The notes under the pieces are model-generated. The model searched no databases and was not told the DNA's origin. It saw nothing but the letters and a program-made list of their open reading frames with translations. A stretch of DNA of 64,000 nucleotides from Myxococcota bacterium. GTDB taxonomy: Bacteria > Myxococcota_A > UBA796 > GCA-2862545. Of this stretch, positions 57,499 through 64,000 are shown piece by piece. The stretch lies in NCBI GenBank assembly GCA_039208735.1, contig JBCCQY010000026.1, positions 11,766 through 75,765 on the forward strand, in the 5' to 3' direction. How positions within the stretch are numbered: the first letter of the stretch is position 1; the number at the start of each line of letters is the position of its first letter. Made by a program: the position numbers and the translations under genes.

Positions 57499-58674
57499 AT
57501 GCCAGACCGTCGCCAACGAGTCATCGACCAGGTGCTGGATGCGCTCGGTCACGACCGCTTTGTGAAGCTCACCCTCGCCACGCCGACCGACGCGTCCGAG
57601 GTGCGACGGGTGTTGGGCCGGCGGGTCGAGCTGACTGCGGGACCTCATCTGCAACTCACCCTTCGCCTTCCTACGCGCGACGAAGTCGTGAATGCGCCGT
57701 TGGGCGAGGTGGCTGATCACCTCGAAACGTGGATTGGTCCGCGAATGCGGTCGGCCAATCTGTTTACGACCGAGGCCGACCATCAGCTTCAGTGGCGCAA
57801 GGATGCGTGGGTCCTCTCCCGGAGCCGTCCCACCCACACCGCGGTGCCGTCCTCCCAGCATGATCGCACCAAGCAGCGTGCGGTAGAGCTGGATTCTCGA
57901 TGGCTCGAGGGGCTTTCCGTGCTTGGACCACAAGGCAAGGTCCGGCGCGGGATGCAGCGCAAGCATCAGCAGATCCTGCGCTTCATCGAGATCATCGATC
58001 ACGCGCTACGCGATGTCGTGACGCCGGGGCGACGGATTCGGCTGGTCGACATGGGCTGTGGAAAGGGGTTCTTGACCTTCGCCGCTTGGCAGTGGCTCGC
58101 CGCGCGCGATGCGGTGGCCGAAGTTGTGGGGGTGGAACGGCGCCAGAAGCTTGTGGCGCAGTCCGAAGGGCTCGCCCGACGGTTGGGTCTTGAAGGCCTC
58201 CGGTTCATTGCGGGAACCATCGCTGATGCCCCCCTTTCCGAGGTCGATGTTGTGGTGGCGCTCCATGCCTGCGACACGGCGACCGACGATGCAATCGCCA
58301 AGGCCGTGCAGGCGGGGGCGGAGGTGGTGTTGGTGGCGCCGTGTTGCCACCAAGAGGTCCGACCGCAGATCACGGGGCCCCAAGCGCTCGACGAGGTCCT
58401 ACGTCACGGGATCCTTCGCACCCGCACCGCCGAGATGGTGACCGACGCGCTGCGTGCTGCGCTCCTCGAGACCGAAGGGTTCCGGACACGCATCTTCGAG
58501 TTCGTCGATGCCGACCACACCGACAAGAACTTGATGATCGCAGCCCATCGCCGAGGGGATCCCGCAACGGGGGATCGCCTCGACGCCCCTCGAACGCTCG
58601 CGCGCACCTACGGCATTGAACGGCAACGGCTCGCTGACCTCCTTGGCTATTCGCTCGTTGTCACGGATGGATGA
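57499..58674 (+). CDS. SAM-dependent methyltransferase (Methyltransf_32-like)
   Basis: VDMGCGKGFLTF, ALHACDTATDDA, APCCH, EFVDADHTDKNLMI. Confidence 0.9.
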   Translation: MPDRRQRVIDQVLDALGHDRFVKLTLATPTDASEVRRVLGRRVELTAGPHLQLTLRLPTRDEVVNAPLGEVADHLETWIGPRMRSANLFTTEADHQLQWRKDAWVLSRSRPTHTAVPSSQHDRTKQRAVELDSRWLEGLSVLGPQGKVRRGMQRKHQQILRFIEIIDHALRDVVTPGRRIRLVDMGCGKGFLTFAAWQWLAARDAVAEVVGVERRQKLVAQSEGLARRLGLEGLRFIAGTIADAPLSEVDVVVALHACDTATDDAIAKAVQAGAEVVLVAPCCHQEVRPQITGPQALDEVLRHGILRTRTAEMVTDALRAALLETEGFRTRIFEFVDADHTDKNLMIAAHRRGDPATGDRLDAPRTLARTYGIERQRLADLLGYSLVVTDG

Positions 58675-58740
58675 CGGTCCTGCCCAAAGATTCGGGGAAC
58701 TCGTTCGATAGGGCGACTCACCATACGGTACACGGGAGGC

Positions 58741-60813
58741 ATGGCGATGATGCTCGAAGTGCCGGTGCACGCGGCCCGCGTTCCTCCCGATGGCCTGGTT
58801 CTGGGCTCTCAGGTTGCGGCGGAATTGGGCGAGGGCGGAGTGGGCATCGGTGACATGGTCGAGACCCCAAGGGGGCCTCGCACCATTGTGGAAGTGCGAG
58901 CCGGGGGCACCATTGCATGGGCCGCAGACGGGGATTCTTCCTCGTGGACACTGTCGGTGGGCGCGAAAGCCGCCCAACGCCTGCGCGTGCAGTTCTCCGC
59001 TGCCGTAGTGCCCGATGGCGAGGGCTACGATCCCATCCATCACACCCCGCGGGGGGGCGCTCCACTCACGGCCGGGGCGCTCGACTGGCTGCGGGCACGG
59101 GGCGCAGTGGCGGTTCTCGAAGACATGGCCTGGCGGCAGGACCATCAAGAATTGGGCTTGCTTGCCCACGGGACGAGGCGCACCGGAAAGCGCGTGGGAC
59201 CCGCGTGGCGTGCGTTGCCCGGCCTCGATGAGGGAGGCTACGGGCCCATTCGCGATGGGTTGAAGGCGATGTGCTTCGTCCTGGGGGTGGGCCTTACCGT
59301 CTCCTCGGAAGGCGTGAAGATCGGGCTTTCAAAACGGGCACCGCTCGTCACGTGGTCGGGAGGAGCGCTCACCACAGCCGCGGCCTTTCGCAAAGGCCAG
59401 CCCGCACCTGGTGGACTTCACGATCCTGCTCTGGTCGGCGGCCGGAATCGCCCTCGGTTTGGTCATATCGAATTGCCCGTCCCGCTCATTCCGGGTCACC
59501 TGCGTTCGGTTGTCGCCGATCAGCTACAGCGACCGGTCGGCGACCTCATGCATTTGCTGTCGGTCCAGCCAGCGACTGAGATCGAGGTCGAACTTGCCTC
59601 GGTCCTCGAGGAACGACCCCTTCCGTCTATCGATGGGCGCCCAATGTCGGCGCGTGACTTTATCTGGACGGAAGTCCCGGTTGTGCCGGCCACGTTCCGC
59701 AGGCCGGTCCGGCGACCGGAAGGCGAACGCGTGCCGCATGGCATCGATGGCACCCTCCATGCGCTGATGGCCGCCGTACGGGCCTATGAAAAGCGACCTG
59801 ACGCGGATCCGGTCGAGCTCTTAGTCCAGTTGCAGACCGCGCTCGACGGCTACTTGGTCGATGGGCCTGGCGAGCAAGAAGGCGCCTGGGGCTGGAGTGT
59901 GGCTCGCGATCTCCAAGGCACGTTGCAGCTCGACGGCATCTTGGTGGATTGGGCGGGACACGCCGTGGCCGTCGTGGAGCCTGGGCGACGCAAAGTGGGC
60001 GTGCCCATGGGGTTCCGCTCCCTATTCCTTCATCCCGACGACCCGGAAGCGGTGTTGCTCGTCCGCATGCCTGAAGGGGTTGCGGCGGTCCGACCTGAAC
60101 TTGTGGCGGGTCCCCTTGTTCGGCTGCCGCTCGACATTGCCGGTGCGCTCGGCGCACGGACCGGCGAATTGTTGCGCATGGTCGTTGCGGTGAGTGCAGA
60201 AGCTCAGCAAGAACTCGAAGCGTTGTCGAGAGGGGCGCGCCTCTCTCCCATGGTGCCTCGCAAGGGATTCTTCGACGAGTTTGCGGCCTCCGATGACATC
60301 GGACCATCCATGGTCGAAGCGGCCAAGGAACAGGCCGTCGACCGGTGTCTTGGCCCCGTGGGCAGCCGCATTTGGGCAGGATTCGTGCCCACCGCACGGG
60401 GGCAGGACGACGAGGAGCGCGAGCAAATCCAACGGGCCATCGCAGCGATCGATCGGGGCACGGGCCCTGGCAACACCTTGCCCCCCGGAGGCATTGGCGA
60501 TCGGCTCTCGCGGGCCGAGGACCGGTTGGGCCAACGCGTCACGCTCGAGTTGCGAAATCTGTGGACGCTCTCAGACCATCAGCTCGCTCAGGCCCCTCCC
60601 CTGTGGATCGACGGTGAACCCTGGCATCTCGTTGGACTCGATCCGGACGCGGTCGTCAAGGGACGCATCGTGCTGGCCACCTCAGATACGGGTGAGCACC
60701 TCATGGTCGACGCGGACGGCTCGGTATGGCGTCGGGAAGAACTGATCGGACGCAGCCTCGGCCGGCTACTCCAGCGCCAATTCAGCGGCGGATCACCGGG
60801 GACCCGACGGTAG
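58741..60813 (+). CDS. Degenerate miniature RNA polymerase beta/beta' fusion-like protein with C-terminal SUKH/SMI1-like domain
   Basis: Colinear remnants of RpoB C-terminal and RpoC conserved regions (see findings); NADFDGD absent. Confidence 0.75.
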   Translation: MAMMLEVPVHAARVPPDGLVLGSQVAAELGEGGVGIGDMVETPRGPRTIVEVRAGGTIAWAADGDSSSWTLSVGAKAAQRLRVQFSAAVVPDGEGYDPIHHTPRGGAPLTAGALDWLRARGAVAVLEDMAWRQDHQELGLLAHGTRRTGKRVGPAWRALPGLDEGGYGPIRDGLKAMCFVLGVGLTVSSEGVKIGLSKRAPLVTWSGGALTTAAAFRKGQPAPGGLHDPALVGGRNRPRFGHIELPVPLIPGHLRSVVADQLQRPVGDLMHLLSVQPATEIEVELASVLEERPLPSIDGRPMSARDFIWTEVPVVPATFRRPVRRPEGERVPHGIDGTLHALMAAVRAYEKRPDADPVELLVQLQTALDGYLVDGPGEQEGAWGWSVARDLQGTLQLDGILVDWAGHAVAVVEPGRRKVGVPMGFRSLFLHPDDPEAVLLVRMPEGVAAVRPELVAGPLVRLPLDIAGALGARTGELLRMVVAVSAEAQQELEALSRGARLSPMVPRKGFFDEFAASDDIGPSMVEAAKEQAVDRCLGPVGSRIWAGFVPTARGQDDEEREQIQRAIAAIDRGTGPGNTLPPGGIGDRLSRAEDRLGQRVTLELRNLWTLSDHQLAQAPPLWIDGEPWHLVGLDPDAVVKGRIVLATSDTGEHLMVDADGSVWRREELIGRSLGRLLQRQFSGGSPGTRR

Positions 60814-61167
60814 CTCATGGAGCCAGGGGATCAGGGTGGTCTCCGTCCATGCCTCGAGCTTCTTTCGACCTCGAAGCCCCTTGGGCGTCAGTTCCACGGT
60901 GAAGCCGGTTTTCGGGTCTCGAGCGCCTTCGCCCGACCGAAAAAATCGTCGGATGGGGCCCGTCGGATCGTCAAGGGTGAAGGTCGTTTCGGACTGAGAT
61001 CGCTCCATCAACCGCGAACCATCGGGCAACGCCCACGCCGCTGGTGTCGACGGGAGCGTTTGGAGGGTCACCACCACAGGATCGGGTGGAGGAAACAAGT
61101 TCGGGACACTGCGGAAGTCGTCAGGGCCAACTTGGGCCACTGCGACAGACAACCCGGCAAGCCACAT
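60793..61167 (-). CDS. Hypothetical exported protein
   Basis: GAGGAGG RBS, short hydrophobic N-terminus. Confidence 0.55.
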   Translation of the reverse strand: MWLAGLSVAVAQVGPDDFRSVPNLFPPPDPVVVTLQTLPSTPAAWALPDGSRLMERSQSETTFTLDDPTGPIRRFFRSGEGARDPKTGFTVELTPKGLRGRKKLEAWTETTLIPWLHELPSGPR

Positions 61168-61234
61168 CGGATCCTCCTCGCGTTGTCGAATTCTTACTCG
61201 TTCAGCGAGGGGCTGTCGTTGTGGCCCGTTGCGG

Positions 61235-61615
61235 CTACTTGTCGGCCTGTCGAACGACGAGGGTGGCCCGGTAGGCATGGGGCGCAGGCGGTTCGACCGA
61301 GGGCGCCGGGGCGACGTCGGTGAGATGCACCACGTAGCCCTGGGTGGTGAAGGCGTCGCCGGGGAGGGCCACTTCGCCCTCGGTGGTTTGCTGGCGGGTG
61401 CTCACCGTCAGAGCCAACCGTGTGCGGCCCTCCCACACGCACTGGGCATGGGTCGGGCAACGTGAATCTTCGAGCACCTCGCCGATGGTGACGGTCAGGG
61501 CATCGACGCGCATGGGCTCCCCGATGCCGAGCGCAAACGGCTGGTCGAGCGTCGCGACGGGCTTGGGTACACAACCCACGAAAAGCAGGCTTAGGCCGAC
61601 CACCGTTTCCCGCAT
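61235..61615 (-). CDS. Small lipoprotein
   Basis: GGAGG RBS, lipobox FVGC, conserved-looking EDSRCP...CVWEG. Confidence 0.75.
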   Translation of the reverse strand: MRETVVGLSLLFVGCVPKPVATLDQPFALGIGEPMRVDALTVTIGEVLEDSRCPTHAQCVWEGRTRLALTVSTRQQTTEGEVALPGDAFTTQGYVVHLTDVAPAPSVEPPAPHAYRATLVVRQADK

Positions 61616-61706
61616 CGATACCTCCAAACCGTCCTCATGGCACGTCTGCCCATGAAAGTCGATAGGTGGCCCCGTTGGTCGCGCGGGGACCGGAGGACGC
61701 ATTCCC

Positions 61707-63542
61707 ATGAAGAATACGACCTGGATCGGGCTGGGGCTCGTTGTCTTAGGCGGCTGTCAGGGCAAGCGCATCCAGAACGTCGACGTTGATGCTGCCTGCT
61801 TCACCGAAGTCGTGACGGCGCTGGCTGACGACGCCATGGAAGGCCGCGGAATTGGCACAGAAGGGCTTGCGAAGGCCGCCACCCTCATCGAGGAGCGGTT
61901 CCGGGCCGCAGGATTGTCCGATGTCGGGGTGGGCTACCAGCAGCCTTTCGACGTCACGGTTGGCGTGCACCTGGGGGAGGGCAATTGGCTGGGTGGCAGC
62001 GGCGTTGAGGATCTCGCGGTGGGCAAGGATTTCCAGCCCTTTGGATTTGCATCCGATGGCGCCTTCGAAGGCTCACTCGTGTTCGCGGGCTACGGCATTT
62101 CCGCGAAGGACCTAGGGTACGACGATTACGCGGATCTCGATGTGAAAGGCAAAGTCGTGCTTGCCATGCGCTACGAGCCCCAGGAAAACAACGCCGACAG
62201 CACGTTCGAAGGGAAACGCCCGTCGCGCTATTCCGATCTTCGCTACAAGGCATTGCAAGCCCGGTCTCGCGGAGCCAAGGCCCTCGTTCTTGTGGGGCCG
62301 GCTCGCGGTGATAGCGATCCCGACAAGGTACCTGCGTTGCAGTCGGGCGGACCTCGCTCTCGTGCGGGGATTCCCGTTCTGCAGGTGACCCGCGCGGTGG
62401 CGGACCGTTGGCTCGCGAAGGGTGACGCGCCCACGCTGGCTGAACTGCATGCGACCATCGACGAAACCGGCGCACCCGCATCGCGGACCCTCAAGAACGT
62501 GACGGTCTCAGGGACGGTGGAAATCGTCTCTGACAAGGCGCCGGTGCGCAACGTTCTTGCCTCGATTCCGGGGGCGGGGGCGCTCGCCGATGAAGTCGTG
62601 GTGGTCGGCGCGCACTACGACCACCTGGGCTACGGCGGCCAAGGGTCGCTGCGCCCCGGCGAACACGCCATCCACAACGGGGCCGACGACAACGCCAGTG
62701 GTACTGCGGCCATGGTGTGTGCGCTCGAACGCCTGGTCAAGTCGTCCGATGCCGAGAATCGCCGTACGATCCTCGGCATTGCCTTCACCGCGGAGGAGAT
62801 TGGGCTGGGGGGCTCCTCGTTCTACACCGATCATCCGGTGTTGCCCATCGAGAACACGGTCGCCATGGTGAACCTCGATATGGTGGGGCGGCTGCGCAAT
62901 GGAAACTTGCAGGCCTTGGGGGCCGATACAGCCCCTGAATGGAGGACTATCTTAAGCCCGGTCGCCGAGACCCATGGATTGAACCTGGCGATGGGTGGCG
63001 ATGGCTACGGTGCGAGCGACCATACGAGCTTCTACGAGAAGAAAATCCCTGTGATTCACTTGTTTTCAGGGACGCATTCCGTCTACCACACCCCGGATGA
63101 TGACACGTCGACCCTCAACCTCGAGGGTGGGGCCACGGTCACGGGTTTTCTGGTGGACGTCACGAGTGCACTGTCGACGCGTTCTGATGGTTTAACCTAT
63201 GTGAAGTCCACCTCGGGTCCCCGAGTTGTCGGCGACTCCCGGGGCCGGGGGGCCTACCTCGGCACCATTCCTGACATGTCAGCGATGGCCTTGACTGAAG
63301 GCGGCGAAGGCGTCTTGCTGTCCGACGTTCGCGGTGATGGCCCTGCGGATCGAGCGGGCCTGCGAGGGGGCGACACCATCGTCGAGATGGCGGGCGTTGA
63401 AATCCAGAACCTCTACGACATGACCTTCGTGCTGCGGGACCATCGGCCAGGTCAGACCATCGACATCGTGGTGAAACGTGGCGATGAGCGCGTGCCGTTG
63501 AAGGCCACCCTTGGGTCGCGCGGTGAAGCGGCGAAGCGTTAA
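61707..63542 (+). CDS. M28 family aminopeptidase lipoprotein with PA and PDZ domains
   Basis: GAHYDHLG, GADDNASG, AEEIGL, NLDMVG, SDH, YHTPDD; LVFAGYG PA domain; C-terminal PDZ. Confidence 0.93.
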   Translation: MKNTTWIGLGLVVLGGCQGKRIQNVDVDAACFTEVVTALADDAMEGRGIGTEGLAKAATLIEERFRAAGLSDVGVGYQQPFDVTVGVHLGEGNWLGGSGVEDLAVGKDFQPFGFASDGAFEGSLVFAGYGISAKDLGYDDYADLDVKGKVVLAMRYEPQENNADSTFEGKRPSRYSDLRYKALQARSRGAKALVLVGPARGDSDPDKVPALQSGGPRSRAGIPVLQVTRAVADRWLAKGDAPTLAELHATIDETGAPASRTLKNVTVSGTVEIVSDKAPVRNVLASIPGAGALADEVVVVGAHYDHLGYGGQGSLRPGEHAIHNGADDNASGTAAMVCALERLVKSSDAENRRTILGIAFTAEEIGLGGSSFYTDHPVLPIENTVAMVNLDMVGRLRNGNLQALGADTAPEWRTILSPVAETHGLNLAMGGDGYGASDHTSFYEKKIPVIHLFSGTHSVYHTPDDDTSTLNLEGGATVTGFLVDVTSALSTRSDGLTYVKSTSGPRVVGDSRGRGAYLGTIPDMSAMALTEGGEGVLLSDVRGDGPADRAGLRGGDTIVEMAGVEIQNLYDMTFVLRDHRPGQTIDIVVKRGDERVPLKATLGSRGEAAKR

Positions 63543-63656
63543 GCGGCGGCACGAGGTCAGCGCTGGCTCGGCCGGCCGTGACCGTTACCGAATGTGAAAC
63601 CGAGCAAACCTCCACGCTTTGCTTTCCAGATCCGACACTCGCATCTGGGAGGCAGC

Positions 63657-63944
63657 GTGGCGCACGAAGTCTATGTGGATTGTCAAGGACGTTCGCCCCA
63701 AAGGGCGGTGGAAGCGGTGCGTCGAGACATTGGCGCGCTGCGGCCCGGCGCCAACGTCGTGATTGTCCAGACGCGCGATCCCAAGGCCGCCGAAGCGGTC
63801 ATGGAATGGGGGGCTTCGCAGCACCTCTACCCGGTCATTGAACACCGGGGAGGGCGGCGAATTTGGCTGCGCTTCGTGGCTGGATGGGGGAGACGCGCGC
63901 AGACCAGAGGATCTCGTCCGACCACGCGTTCCCGACGCCGCTGA
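63657..63944 (+). CDS. TusA/SirA-like small protein lacking the CPxP motif; C-terminus possibly altered by a junction
   Basis: GGAGG RBS + GTG; VDCQG...[13 protein letters not shown]...V.EW pattern. Confidence 0.5.
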   Translation: MAHEVYVDCQGRSPQRAVEAVRRDIGALRPGANVVIVQTRDPKAAEAVMEWGASQHLYPVIEHRGGRRIWLRFVAGWGRRAQTRGSRPTTRSRRR

Positions 63945-64000
63945 AGAGCTTCGGCGTCGACAGCGCGCGCTTCACGGTGTGGCCGCTCGTGACGAGCCGC
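63835..64000 (-). pseudogene. Fpg/Nei family DNA glycosylase, 3' part, truncated after the H2TH motif
   Basis: Own translation: [40 protein letters not shown] then 14 unrelated residues and stop; no zinc finger. Confidence 0.7.

Noticed and set aside
58741..60813. Calling this the genuine rpoB/rpoC or an active phage-type polymerase
   Set aside because: Far too short, no DxDGD catalytic motif, no ribosomal-operon or prophage context.

Overview
GC-rich (roughly two-thirds by eye), densely coding bacterial chromosome segment with about 60 CDS. The gene content suggests Myxococcota or a relative (inference): eukaryotic-like Ser/Thr kinase, FHA-GGDEF, CarD, TIGR02996-like domain, TSP3/OmpA proteins and a MYXO-CTERM-like motif. 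I saw no rRNA, tRNA, CRISPR array or intact mobile element. Recognisable modules are an RNA ligase + HD-Pnk RNA end-repair pair, a HmuY/TonB heme-uptake operon behind a Fur-like box, sthA, a NatAB-like ABC exporter, bfr, rlmD-like, a Zn-independent L36 and an orphan N6-adenine MTase. The standout is 58741-60813: a miniaturised single-chain RNA polymerase beta-beta' mimic with catalytic motifs erased, fused to a SUKH/SMI1-like domain. Other notable items are a bacterial Dnmt2-type MTase, a catalytically dead RAYT-like protein, a polyprotein-like surface protein with an internal MYXO-CTERM, two genes whose conserved N-termini lack a canonical start codon, and a truncated Fpg/Nei gene marking a possible junction near 63880. 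All family calls come from motif recognition by eye, not database searches.
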